Assembly (NCBI GenBank): GCA_035652335.1
Contig: DASRDZ010000013.1
Span: 6,154-70,153 of the forward strand
Length of the DNA: 64,000 bases
From: Candidatus Dormiibacterota bacterium
Lineage (GTDB): Bacteria; Chloroflexota; Dormibacteria; Aeolococcales; Aeolococcaceae
Reading direction: 5' to 3'
Shown here in pieces: positions 48,328-57,824 of the stretch (position 1 is its first letter; every line of letters begins with the position of its first letter). The translations under genes were made by a program, and so were the position numbers. The notes under the pieces were generated by a model. It was not told where the DNA came from and made no database searches. It worked only from the letters and a program-made list of their open reading frames with translations.

Positions 48328-49640
48328 TGGCCGCGCGCACACGCAGCATGACCGTCGCCGAGCGCGCCGCCACCCTGCGCCGCCGCTCCGTCGCCCCGGT
48401 GGAGAGCTTCCGCCCCGCCGCGGCGCCGGAGATGCGCTCGCAGAGCGACCGGGTCGCCATCGCGCGCGTCGACGGCTGGCTGCTGGCCGTCATCGCCGCG
48501 CTGTGCGCCTTCGGTCTTGTGATGGTCTACAGCGCCTCCGAGGCGCTCGGCTACGAGGACTACGGCAACCCCAACTACTTCTTCGAGCGGCAGATCCTCT
48601 GGCTCGGCCTCGGCATCGCGCTGATGCTCGGCGCCATGCGGCTCGACTACCACCGCTGGCGGGGGTGGGCAGGCAAGCTGGCGCTGCTCGGCCTCGTCCT
48701 GCTGCTGGCGGTGCTGGTGCCGCACATCGGCACCCAGGTGCTGGGCGCGCGGCGCTGGATCGTGCTCGGCCCGCTCTCGGTGCAGCCCTCGACGCTGGCC
48801 ACGCTGATCTGCATCCTCGCCTTCTCCAAGTGGCTCTGCGACCGCGGCCCCGCGGTGCGCTCGGGACGCATCGTGCGCGACTTCGGCCTGCTGCTCATCG
48901 TGGTGCTCGGCCTGGTCATCCTGGAGAAGGACCTGGGCTCGACGATGATCCTCGCCGGCATCGGCGTGGTGCTGATCGCTCTGGCGGGCGCGCGCAAGCG
49001 TCACCTCGTCCTGCTGGTGGGCATCCTCGGCGCCATCGGCTACTTCGCGGTCAGCCTGGAGGCGTACCGCTCGGCGCGCGTCGCCTGCGTCAGCAATCCC
49101 TTCGCCGACCCCCTCAACGCCTGCTTCCAGATGGTCCACTCGCTGTACGCGCTCGGCAGCGGCGGCTTCACAGGAGTCGGGCTCGGCCACTCCATCGAGA
49201 AGTACCAGTGGCTGCCCGAGGCGCACACCGACTTCATCTTCGCCATCATCGGCGAGGAGCTCGGCCTGGTGGGGACGCTGGGCGTGGTGGGCGGCTTCGT
49301 CCTGCTCGCCTGGCGCGGCGTGCGCACCTCGCTGCGCGCGCCCGACACCTACGGCGCGCTGGTCGCCGGCGGCATCACCGCCTGGATCTGCGTGCAGGCC
49401 TTCCTCAACATCGCCGCGGTCACCAACCTGGTGCCGACCACCGGCGTCCCGCTTCCCTTCATCAGCTACGGCGGCTCGTCCCTGGCGATGACGCTGCTGG
49501 CTGTGGGCATCCTCTGCAACATCTCGGCCCAGGGCCGACGACAAGGGGTATCGCGCCGTGCGCACGTTGATCGCTGGAGGGGGAACGGGGGGACATCTGA
49601 CCCCCGCGCTGGCGGTCGCGCAGGCGTTGCGGCGCGCTGA
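48327..49640 (+). CDS. ftsW: Peptidoglycan glycosyltransferase FtsW (SEDS family)
   Basis: ORF 48327..49640. TGATG overlap with murD. 10 TM. Its 3' end overlaps the murG start by ~80 nt, so the C-terminal tail may be shorter than called. Confidence 0.85.
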   Translation: MAARTRSMTVAERAATLRRRSVAPVESFRPAAAPEMRSQSDRVAIARVDGWLLAVIAALCAFGLVMVYSASEALGYEDYGNPNYFFERQILWLGLGIALMLGAMRLDYHRWRGWAGKLALLGLVLLLAVLVPHIGTQVLGARRWIVLGPLSVQPSTLATLICILAFSKWLCDRGPAVRSGRIVRDFGLLLIVVLGLVILEKDLGSTMILAGIGVVLIALAGARKRHLVLLVGILGAIGYFAVSLEAYRSARVACVSNPFADPLNACFQMVHSLYALGSGGFTGVGLGHSIEKYQWLPEAHTDFIFAIIGEELGLVGTLGVVGGFVLLAWRGVRTSLRAPDTYGALVAGGITAWICVQAFLNIAAVTNLVPTTGVPLPFISYGGSSLAMTLLAVGILCNISAQGRRQGVSRRAHVDRWRGNGGTSDPRAGGRAGVAAR

Positions 49641-50646
49641 CCCGGGCGGCGACGTCCTCCTCGTCGGCCGCCGCGGCGGCATCGAGGAGTCGCTGGTCCC
49701 GAGCAGCGGCCTGCGCCTGGAGACGCTCGACGTGCGCGGCATCGACCTCGGCTCGCCGCTGCGGCTGCCGGGGACCGCGCTGCGCATCACCCGTGCGACC
49801 GCGCAGGCGCGCGGCATCCTGCATCGCTTCCGGCCCGACGTCGTCGTCGGTGCGGCCGGATACGTGTCGGTGCCCGTGGTCGCGGCGGCGCTGCTGCGAC
49901 GGGTTCCCGTGGTGCTGCTGGAGCAGAACGCCCATCCCGGTCGCACGACGCGCATGTTCGCCAAGCGGGCGCGCGTGGTCGCAGCGTCGTTCGCGGAGAC
50001 GGCGGCGCAGCTTCCCGGCGCCCGCGTGGTGCACACGGGCAACCCGGTGCGGCCGGAGGTCAAGGCGTACGCAGGCGCGCCGCTGCACGGCTCGTGCGAG
50101 CACGTGCTGGTGATGGGCGGGTCGCAGGGGGCAAGGCGGCTCAACGACGCCGTGGCGGGGTCGATCCGGCACCTGCTGGCCGACCATCCCGCCCTGCGCG
50201 TCACGCATCAGTGCGGCGCGCGCGATGCGGAGTGGGCCGTGCCGGTGCGTGCAGGGCTGCCCGACGACGTGCGCGAGCGCTACACCGTGGCACCGTTCTT
50301 CGACGACATCGCCGACCGCATCCGCGACGCCGACCTGGTGGTGATGCGCGCCGGAGGGTCCTCGCTGGCGGAGACGACGGTGCTGGGCCGGCCGATGATC
50401 CTGGTGCCGTACCCCTACGCGGGCGCGCACCAGGCCGACAACGCCGTCCCCTACGTGCAGGCCGGCGCGGCGCTGCTCATCCCCGACGAGGAGTGCGGCG
50501 CCGAGCGCTTCCGCGGCGAGATCGCCCGCGTCGTCGACGACCCCGCGCTGTGGCGGCGGATGGCGGAGGCGAGCCGCGCCAGCGGGCGTCCCGACGCGGA
50601 CGAGGCGGTGGCCGCGCTGGTGCGCGAGGTCGCGGGGTCGCGGTGA
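49558..50646 (+). CDS. murG: UDP-GlcNAc:lipid I N-acetylglucosaminyltransferase
   Basis: ORF 49558..50646 with a GTG start. 'IAGGGTGGHLTPALAVA'. Confidence 0.9.
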   Translation: MRTLIAGGGTGGHLTPALAVAQALRRADPGGDVLLVGRRGGIEESLVPSSGLRLETLDVRGIDLGSPLRLPGTALRITRATAQARGILHRFRPDVVVGAAGYVSVPVVAAALLRRVPVVLLEQNAHPGRTTRMFAKRARVVAASFAETAAQLPGARVVHTGNPVRPEVKAYAGAPLHGSCEHVLVMGGSQGARRLNDAVAGSIRHLLADHPALRVTHQCGARDAEWAVPVRAGLPDDVRERYTVAPFFDDIADRIRDADLVVMRAGGSSLAETTVLGRPMILVPYPYAGAHQADNAVPYVQAGAALLIPDEECGAERFRGEIARVVDDPALWRRMAEASRASGRPDADEAVAALVREVAGSR

Positions 50647-52052
50647 GCGCGGTGGCGACGCGGCACGTGCACTTTCTCGGCATCTGCGGCTACGCCGTGA
50701 GCGGTGCGGCGCTGGTGGCCAAGCAGCTCGGCTACCTGGTCACCGGCTCGGACGAGGACGCGTACCCGCCCACCACCGACACGCTGACGGCGGCGGGCAT
50801 CCAGTGGGTCAACCACCACGCCGCCGCCAACCTCGACATGGCGGGGACGCCCGACCTCGTCGTCGTCGGCAACCAGGTGCGCGACGGCAACGTGGAATGG
50901 GCGGAGGCGACGCGGCGCGGGCTCCCCGTCAGCAGCGAGGCGGAGTTCTACGCCGAGCTGACCCGCGACCGGGTGCGCATCGCCGTCTGCGGGACGCACG
51001 GCAAGACGACGACGTCGTCGCTGCTGGCCTGGATGCTGGAGGTGGCGGGCATGTCACCCGGCTTCCGGCTGGGGACCACCTCGCGCGACTTCGAGGCCAC
51101 CGCCCGCCTCGGTGAGGGCGCCCCCTTCGTCTTCGAGGGCGACGAGTACACCACCGCACCGTGGGATCCCCGGCCGAAGTTCCTGCACACGCATCCCTTC
51201 GCCGCCTGCGTGACGCGGCTGGAGCTGGACCACCCAGACGTGTACCCCGACTTCGCCGCCTACCGTGCTCCCTTCGTCGAGCTGGCGCGCACCATGCCCG
51301 AGGACGGGGTGCTCGCGCTCTGCGCCGACGATCCGGAATGCGTCGCGCTGCAGTCGCAGGCGTCCTGCCGGACGGTGCTCTACGGGGTCTCGGCGAATGC
51401 GGACTGGCGCGTCGAGGCGCTCGGGCCGCAGTCGTTCCGGGTGGTGCGCCGCGACGGCGTCGCTCTTCCACCGGTGCGCCTGAGCATCCCGGGGGAGCAC
51501 AACACGCTCAACGCCACCGCGGCCCTGATCCTCGCCGGCGCGGTCGGCGCCGACCTGGAGCGGTGCATCGAAGCCTGCGCCACCTTCAGGGGCGCGTCGC
51601 GCCGCTTCGAGATCCTCGGCGTCGCGGGCGGCGTGACCGTCGTCGACGACTACGCCCATCACCCGACCGAGGTCGCCGCCACCGTCGCCGCGGCGCGGCA
51701 GCGCTTCCCGGAACCGGCGCGCATCATGGCCGTGTACGTGCCGCACACCTACTCGCGCACGCTGGCCCTCCTCGACGACTACGCCGACGCCTTCCGCGGC
51801 GCCGACGTCGTGCTGCTCGGACCGATCGAGCCCGCGCGCGAGCGCCACCTCGCCCACACCGTCAGCATCGAGGACGTGGCCGCGCGCGTGCGTGGCGCGG
51901 GTGAGGTGCACATCGTGGGCGGCAGCGACGAGGCGCTCCTGCAGATCCTCGCCGAGGCACGCTCCGGCGACGCGGTGCTGTGCATGAGCGTGCGCGGCTT
52001 CGACGACCTCGCCAAGCGCACCCTGCGCGCCCTCCGGGAGCGCTCGCCATGA
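50643..52052 (+). CDS. murC: UDP-N-acetylmuramate–L-alanine ligase by synteny (sequence is Mpl-subfamily-like)
   Basis: 3' part of ORF 50094..52052. GTG 50643 (GTGA overlap). 'HFLGICGYAVSGAAL…VTGSDEDAYPP…IAVCGTHGKTTT…PGFRLG…EGDEY'. Confidence 0.75.
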   Translation: MSAVATRHVHFLGICGYAVSGAALVAKQLGYLVTGSDEDAYPPTTDTLTAAGIQWVNHHAAANLDMAGTPDLVVVGNQVRDGNVEWAEATRRGLPVSSEAEFYAELTRDRVRIAVCGTHGKTTTSSLLAWMLEVAGMSPGFRLGTTSRDFEATARLGEGAPFVFEGDEYTTAPWDPRPKFLHTHPFAACVTRLELDHPDVYPDFAAYRAPFVELARTMPEDGVLALCADDPECVALQSQASCRTVLYGVSANADWRVEALGPQSFRVVRRDGVALPPVRLSIPGEHNTLNATAALILAGAVGADLERCIEACATFRGASRRFEILGVAGGVTVVDDYAHHPTEVAATVAAARQRFPEPARIMAVYVPHTYSRTLALLDDYADAFRGADVVLLGPIEPARERHLAHTVSIEDVAARVRGAGEVHIVGGSDEALLQILAEARSGDAVLCMSVRGFDDLAKRTLRALRERSP

Positions 52053-52960
52053 ACGACGCGTGGCTCGCCGGCGAGCCGGGAGTGCGCCGCAACGAGCCGC
52101 TGGCGCGCCACACCCAGTACGGCATCGGCGGCAGCGCGGACTTCTTCCTCACCCTGCACGACCCCGAGCGGCTCGCCGACCTGATGCCGCGCTGCAAGCA
52201 GAACGGCGTGCCCTTCACCGTGCTGGGCGCCGGCAGCAACACCCTGGTCCTCGACGGCGGCATCCGCGGCCTGGTGGTGCGCATGTCCGACCGCCACCTG
52301 CGGGTGATCGACGAGGCCACCATCGAGCTGAGCGGCGGCTACATGATGCCCCGCGCCGCGCTCGACCTCGCCCGCAAGGGCATCGCGGGGATGGAGTTCG
52401 GCATCGGCATCCCCGGCACCACCGGCGCCAGCGTGCGCGGCAACGCGGGCGCCTTCGGCACCGAGATCAAGGACGTGATGACCGAGTGCGTCAGCATCGA
52501 CTCGGACGGCGCGCACCACACCATCGCCGGCGCCGACTGCGGCTTCGCCTACCGCCATTCGCGCTTCAAGGACGACCTGCTCGACCACGTCATCGTGGCC
52601 GCGCGCTTCCGGGTGCACCGCGACGACCCGGTGCAGGTGCGGCAGCGCACCGACGCCGTCCAGGCGCAGCGCAAGGCGTCGCAGCCGTACGGCATCCGCA
52701 GCCTGGGCAGCGTCTTCAAGAACCCCCCGGGGGACTACGCCGGACGCCTCGTCGAAGCCGCCGGATTGCGCGGCCGGCGCATCGGCGGGGCGCAGATCAG
52801 CGACAAGCACGCCAACTTCATCGTCAACCTCTCCCACGCCAGCGCCGCCGACGTGCTCGCCCTCGCCGAGCTGGCCCACGACGCCGTGCTGGAGCAGTTC
52901 GGCGTCGACCTGGAGCGGGAGATCGTGGTCCTCGGCGAGCCCCAGGCGGTGCCGCGGTGA
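52049..52960 (+). CDS. murB: UDP-N-acetylenolpyruvoylglucosamine reductase
   Basis: In ORF 51980..52960. ATGA overlap. FAD-binding 'GIGGSADFF…VLGAGSN'. Confidence 0.85.
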   Translation: MNDAWLAGEPGVRRNEPLARHTQYGIGGSADFFLTLHDPERLADLMPRCKQNGVPFTVLGAGSNTLVLDGGIRGLVVRMSDRHLRVIDEATIELSGGYMMPRAALDLARKGIAGMEFGIGIPGTTGASVRGNAGAFGTEIKDVMTECVSIDSDGAHHTIAGADCGFAYRHSRFKDDLLDHVIVAARFRVHRDDPVQVRQRTDAVQAQRKASQPYGIRSLGSVFKNPPGDYAGRLVEAAGLRGRRIGGAQISDKHANFIVNLSHASAADVLALAELAHDAVLEQFGVDLEREIVVLGEPQAVPR

Positions 52961-53913
52961 CGGCGCTGCGGGTCGCGGTGGTCTGCGGCGGGCGCAGCGC
53001 CGAGAACGAGGTGAGCCGGACCAGCGGGCAGCAGGTGCTCCAGGCGCTGCGGGCGCGCGGCCACCAGGCGGAGCGCATCGAGGCCGACGAGGAGCTGTGG
53101 GACGCCCTGCGCGGCGGGGCATGGGACGTCGCCTTCCTCGCCCTCCACGGCCGGTTCGGCGAGGACGGCACCGTCCAGGGTGTCTGCGAGCTGCTCGACG
53201 TCCCCTACACCGGGAGCAGCCTGCTGGCCACCGCACTCTGCCTCGACAAGGCCATGGCCAAGCGGGTTCTGGTCGCCGAAGGCATCAACACGGCGCCCTG
53301 GCGGGTGGTGCCGCGCCACCTCGACCCCGGCGCGGCGCTGAGCGCCATGCGCGAGACGGCCGCCGCGCTGGGCTATCCGCTGGTGGCCAAGCCGAATCGC
53401 GGCGGCAGCACCATCGGGCTCAGCATCGTTCGCGCCGACGGCGAGCTGGCCGCCGCGTACCACACCGCGGCGGAGCACGACACCGTCCTCTGCGAGCGCT
53501 TCGTCGACGGATTGGAGATCACCATCGGCGTTCTGGGGCATAATCCCCCCGAGGCACTCCCGACCCTCGAGATCGTCTCCCACCGTCCCCTCTACGACTA
53601 TGCAGCGAAGTACACCGCGGGTCAGAGCGAGCACGTCATCCCGGCGCGACTCCCCGAGGAGCAGCGCCGGGCCGCGCAGCGCGCCGCCGAGCGCGCCCAC
53701 GCCGCGCTGGGCTGCTACAGCATGTCGCGCGTCGACGTCATCGTCGATCGCGCCGGCGCGCCCTGGGTCATCGAGGTGAACGCCATCCCCGGCCTCACCG
53801 AGCTGTCGCTGCTGCCCGACGCCGCGCGCGCCGCGGGGATCGGCTTCGAGGACCTCTGCGACCGGCTGGTCCGTGAGGCCGTGCAGCGGCACGCCGAGGA
53901 CCGTCCGATATGA
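52957..53913 (+). CDS. ddl: D-alanine–D-alanine ligase
   Basis: 3' part of ORF 52060..53913. GTG 52957 (GTGA overlap). 'LHGRFGEDGTVQG' and 'EVNAIPGLTE'. Confidence 0.9.
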   Translation: MTALRVAVVCGGRSAENEVSRTSGQQVLQALRARGHQAERIEADEELWDALRGGAWDVAFLALHGRFGEDGTVQGVCELLDVPYTGSSLLATALCLDKAMAKRVLVAEGINTAPWRVVPRHLDPGAALSAMRETAAALGYPLVAKPNRGGSTIGLSIVRADGELAAAYHTAAEHDTVLCERFVDGLEITIGVLGHNPPEALPTLEIVSHRPLYDYAAKYTAGQSEHVIPARLPEEQRRAAQRAAERAHAALGCYSMSRVDVIVDRAGAPWVIEVNAIPGLTELSLLPDAARAAGIGFEDLCDRLVREAVQRHAEDRPI

Positions 53914-54992
53914 GCCCCGTCCTCGAGGAGCGCACCCGCCGCCAGGCGCGCGCCCGGGCCACCGCGGCCTCGATCATCGACACGCCGCGCGTCGCCCGTC
54001 GCTTCGTGCTCTCCGAGGAGAGCGCGCTGCGGTCCACCGACCGCCGCCGCGTGCATCGCAACGAGATGCCGCGCTTCGTTCCGGCGTCGATGGGTGCGCT
54101 GTCGCGCCGCCGCGTCGCCGTGGCCATCCTCGTCGTGCAGGTGGTGGCGCTGCTGGCCATCCTGGTGCTGCCGGTGTTCCGTGCCAGGACCGTCGAGATC
54201 ACCGGCAACCGCCTGGTGGGGCGCGACCAGATCCTCGCCGCCGCGCAGATCTCCAGCACCCAGAGCCTGTTCACCATCGACGGCGAGCAGCTGCGTAACC
54301 GCATCGAGAAGCTGCCCTGGGTGCGCAGCGCCAGCGTCGAGACGGAGCTGCCCAGCACGGTCCGCATCAGCATCACTGAGTGGACGCCGGTGCTGGTGCT
54401 GCATCGCGGCGGGCGCCAGCTGGCCATCGCCGACCGCGGCGACGTGCTCGACCTGGGGACGGCCAGGGTGGCGGTGCCGCCGGGTGTCCCGCTGCTCGTC
54501 GACGACCGTCCCGCGCTGCAGGTGGCGCAGACCGCCTCGCCGTCGCTCGACCCGGTGCTGGTGCAGACGCTGGTGGTCGCCGCGCAGCGCTTCCCCGCCG
54601 CCTTCGGCGTCGCCGTCGACCACTTCGAGTGGCAGACCGACGGGCTCTTCGCCATCGTGACCACGGCGGGATGGCGCGCCATCCTCGGCCACATGCTGAC
54701 CGACCAGGACATCGCCGCCGTCCCCGACCAGCTCAGCTCCCTGCTCTCGCTCAAGGGTCGGCTCAACTTCGCCAAGCCGAGCTTCGGGTACGTCGACCTC
54801 GAGGACCCGGGACAGCCCGCCGTCGGCGGCAAGCCCTCCGCCCCCACCGCCCCGCCAGTGGCGGCGCCCGCCGGGTCGGCCACCTCGCCACAGTCCAGCG
54901 CCACGCCGGCGCCGACGCCCACCCCCGCGCCGACCCCGAAACCCACACCGACGCCGATCCACTTCAGCATCGGTCCTCCGCCCGCGCACTGA
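53910..54992 (+). CDS. ftsQ: Cell-division protein FtsQ/DivIB (POTRA) with PT-rich C-terminal tail
   Basis: ORF 53910..54992. ATGA overlap. One TM, then POTRA 'VEITGNRLVGRDQIL'. Confidence 0.8.
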   Translation: MSPVLEERTRRQARARATAASIIDTPRVARRFVLSEESALRSTDRRRVHRNEMPRFVPASMGALSRRRVAVAILVVQVVALLAILVLPVFRARTVEITGNRLVGRDQILAAAQISSTQSLFTIDGEQLRNRIEKLPWVRSASVETELPSTVRISITEWTPVLVLHRGGRQLAIADRGDVLDLGTARVAVPPGVPLLVDDRPALQVAQTASPSLDPVLVQTLVVAAQRFPAAFGVAVDHFEWQTDGLFAIVTTAGWRAILGHMLTDQDIAAVPDQLSSLLSLKGRLNFAKPSFGYVDLEDPGQPAVGGKPSAPTAPPVAAPAGSATSPQSSATPAPTPTPAPTPKPTPTPIHFSIGPPPAH

Positions 54993-55040
54993 GACGCAGC
55001 GCGCACGTGCTCGACGCGACGCGCGCGTCGTCAGCAACCT

Positions 55041-55928
55041 CTAGCGGGCGCGCTCCCAGGGGCGGGCCGAGAGCAGCGCGGAGAGGATCGCGCGAGTCGC
55101 GGGGGATCGGTTGAGGGTGTAGAAGTGCACGCCGGGCGCGCCGCCCGCCAGCAGCTCGCTGCACTGCAGCGTGGCGTACGCGGTGCCAAGAGCGGTGATC
55201 GCCGCCTGGTCGCCCTCGCGCTTGAGCAGCTCGCTGAGCAGCTTCGGCGGCACCGTCGCGCCGAACATCGTGCCGTCCTCGCGCGAGAGTCGCGCCAGGC
55301 TGCCGATCGGCCAGATGCCAGGGATGATCGGCACGGTGATGCCCGCCGCGCGGGCGCGCGACACGAAGTCGAAGTACGCGGCGTTGTCGAAGAACATCTG
55401 GGTGATCAGGAAGCTGACGCCCCCGTTCACCTTGGCGAGGGTGTGGCGCATGTCGTCGTCGAGCGTCGGCGATTCCGGGTGTCCCTCGGGGTAGCAGGCG
55501 CCGCCGATGCAGAAGTCGTAGCCGTCCCGGATCATCGCCACCAGGTCGGTGGCGTGGGCGAAGCCGCCCGCCGTCACCTCGAAGGTGTCGGAGCCTTTGG
55601 GGGGATCGCCGCGCAGCGCCAGCACGTTCTCCATGCCGGCCTCGTGCAGGCCGTGCAGCATCTCGCGCAGCTCCTCGCGCGTCGCGCCGGCGCAGGTGTA
55701 GTGCGCCATCGGTTCCAGGCCCGTCTCGTTGCGGATGCGCTGCACCAGGGCGAGGGTGCGCGCCCGCGAGTGGTTGCGGCAGGTGACCGACACGAACGAC
55801 GGCTCCAGCTCGCGCAGCGCCGCGATGGTCTGGAAGAGCCGCTCCTCGCCCGCCGCGTCGTCGGGCGGGAGGAACTCGAAGGAGAAGACCGGCCGCGTGG
55901 ACTGCGCGAAGATCGTGTCGATGCGCAT
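55041..55928 (-). CDS. metF: 5,10-Methylenetetrahydrofolate reductase
   Basis: ORF 55041..55928. 'FSFEFLPP…FVSVTCRNH…HYTC…LALRGDPP'. Confidence 0.85.
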   Translation of the reverse strand: MRIDTIFAQSTRPVFSFEFLPPDDAAGEERLFQTIAALRELEPSFVSVTCRNHSRARTLALVQRIRNETGLEPMAHYTCAGATREELREMLHGLHEAGMENVLALRGDPPKGSDTFEVTAGGFAHATDLVAMIRDGYDFCIGGACYPEGHPESPTLDDDMRHTLAKVNGGVSFLITQMFFDNAAYFDFVSRARAAGITVPIIPGIWPIGSLARLSREDGTMFGATVPPKLLSELLKREGDQAAITALGTAYATLQCSELLAGGAPGVHFYTLNRSPATRAILSALLSARPWERAR

Positions 55929-55984
55929 GACGACGCCAATGGTGCCCCACGGCGCGCCGTTCGCGTCTGCTAGGTTGCCGTCCG

Positions 55985-57031
55985 ATGCTCGCCGCCTACG
56001 TCGCCCGGCTCGATGGCGACCCGCTTGCCAACCTCGAGGTGGGCCAGCGGCCGCAGCCCGAGCCGGCGCCGGGATGGGCCCTGCTGCGGGTCCACGCCGC
56101 CTCGCTCAACCACCACGACCTCTTCACCCTGCGCGGGGTCTCGTCGCGCAAGGTGCAGCCGCCGCAGGTGCTCGGCTGCGACGCCGCAGGCACCGTCGCC
56201 GCCTACGGCCCCGACCGGCCTGAGGGCGCTCCGGCCGAGGGGACGCGCGTGGTCGCCCACAGCGTGATCGGCTGCGGCGGCTGCGCCACCTGCGCGCACA
56301 GCGACCCGCTCTTCTGCCGCGACATGTCGATGCTCAGCGAGGGCGACCTGCAGGGCTCCCTGGCGGAGTACGTCCCGGTGCCCGCCGCCAACCTCGTCCC
56401 GCTGCCGGACGGCGTCGGCTTCGCCGCCGCGGCGACGCTGCCGACCGCGTACCTCACCGCCTACCGCATGCTCTTCACCCGGGCCGCCCTGCATCCCGGT
56501 GACACCGTGCTGGTCCATGGCGCCACCGGGGGTGTGGCCAGCGCCACCATCCTGCTGGGACGCGCCGCGGGCGTGAACGTCATCAGCACCTCGCGCGACG
56601 AGGCCAAGCGCGAGGCGGCGCTCCGGCTGGGCGCCTCCGCGGCGATCGGCACCGACCGTGACGCCTCGAAGCAGCTCGCCGCCATGACCGGCGGTCGCGG
56701 GGTGGACGCGGTGATCGAGACGGTGGGGGAGCCCACCTGGGAGTTCTCCCTCCGCGCCGTGCGCATCGACGGGACCATCGTGGTCGCCGGCGCCACCGCC
56801 GGCCCCAACCCGCCGGCCCAGCTCCACCGCATCTTCTGGCGGCACACCCGCATCCTCGGCTCGACGATGGGGACGCGGGCCGAGCTGGAGAAGCTCGTCG
56901 CCATGGTGGCGGCGGGCACGCTGCGGCCGCTCATCGGGGCGACCTTCCCGCTGGAGCGCGCGGCCGACGCCTTCGCCGCCCTCGCGTCCGGGGAGCGCGA
57001 GGGCAAGCTGGTGGTCACGCCGGCCGCCTGA
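55985..57031 (+). CDS. Zinc-binding alcohol dehydrogenase / quinone oxidoreductase (MDR superfamily)
   Basis: ORF 55985..57031. 'GDTVLVHGATGGVASATILL' Rossmann fold. Confidence 0.8.
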   Translation: MLAAYVARLDGDPLANLEVGQRPQPEPAPGWALLRVHAASLNHHDLFTLRGVSSRKVQPPQVLGCDAAGTVAAYGPDRPEGAPAEGTRVVAHSVIGCGGCATCAHSDPLFCRDMSMLSEGDLQGSLAEYVPVPAANLVPLPDGVGFAAAATLPTAYLTAYRMLFTRAALHPGDTVLVHGATGGVASATILLGRAAGVNVISTSRDEAKREAALRLGASAAIGTDRDASKQLAAMTGGRGVDAVIETVGEPTWEFSLRAVRIDGTIVVAGATAGPNPPAQLHRIFWRHTRILGSTMGTRAELEKLVAMVAAGTLRPLIGATFPLERAADAFAALASGEREGKLVVTPAA

Positions 57032-57104
57032 TCCCCACATCACCATGTAGCGATTGTGTGATAGTGGTGTGGTCGGCATCCGAGGCAGCGGAGGCACGCA
57101 CGCG

Positions 57105-57383
57105 ATGGCACGAGAGCAGCTGGTCGCCCTGGGGTCGAGCGGTGGACAGGGGAGCTCGGCCACCTGGCCCCTGGCGGTGATCGGCGCCGTCTGGGTGGTC
57201 ATCGGCATCGCCATGCTGGTGGCGCCTCGCCAGATGTTCCGGATGGGCATGTGGACGCAGAGCTGGCAGTTCGCGCAGCGACCTGAGCCCAGCCGGCGCT
57301 GGTTCCAGGTCCAGCGCGTCGTCGCGGTGGTGGCCATTCCCGCAGGCGTGGCCATGGTGGTCGTCGGTCTCCTGCACCACTAG
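57105..57383 (+). CDS. Small membrane protein (92 aa, 2 TM)
   Basis: In ORF 57054..57383. ATG 57105 has GGAGG ~10 nt upstream. Confidence 0.4.
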   Translation: MAREQLVALGSSGGQGSSATWPLAVIGAVWVVIGIAMLVAPRQMFRMGMWTQSWQFAQRPEPSRRWFQVQRVVAVVAIPAGVAMVVVGLLHH

Positions 57384-57481
57384 CGCCATCGCCGCTTCCG
57401 CGGCGCCGAGGTCCGCCATTTACTTCCCAGGACCCCGGTGCTACGGTTGCCGGGCTCACGCGGCCCGATGGGGCCGCAGCC

Positions 57482-57700
57482 GACAGGGCTTCGTCAGCCA
57501 GGTGCAGTGGCGAGGCCCTGTTTGTCTGTCTGGGGACCGCCGGCGCGCCGCCTGGGACAGCATTCCCGAGCACGGCTGAAGGCCGCGACAGCCCTTCCTT
57601 CTGCCATGCCATCGCGATTGTCCGCTCCGCGGTCGAGGCCGCGACAGCCCTTCATTCCGAGGGCGCGGACAGCCCCCCGCGGCCGCATTCCGAAGGCCCT
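57482..57700. repeat. Degenerate direct-repeat array (≥5 copies of GACAG[C/G][C/G]C-TTC, three with a following CATTCCGA[G/A]GG tail)
   Basis: Copies at ~57482 (cgacagggcttc), 57555 (ggacagcattcccgag), 57586 (cgacagcccttccttc), 57642 (cgacagcccttcattccgag) and 57667 (ggacagcccccc…cattccgaagg). Confidence 0.4.
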
Positions 57701-57824
57701 GAGACGCGCCTCCCGGCGGTCCACATATTGTGCCGTCCTGCCCCCCCAAACCCAGCATGTTGCGGTTTTGCACCCGAAAACCCCTATCCGCGCGACCGCT
57801 CCGCCGGTATACTCGGCATCCGAT

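Noticed and set aside
54830-54960. Apparent nucleotide repeats (CCGACGCCCACCCCCGCGCCGACCCCGAAACCCACACCGACGCCG) and GGCAACGGCAACGGCAAC at 58990-59020
   Set aside because: They encode low-complexity PT-rich (FtsQ tail) and NGNGNGN (FtsA linker) peptide segments inside confident genes, not independent repeat elements.
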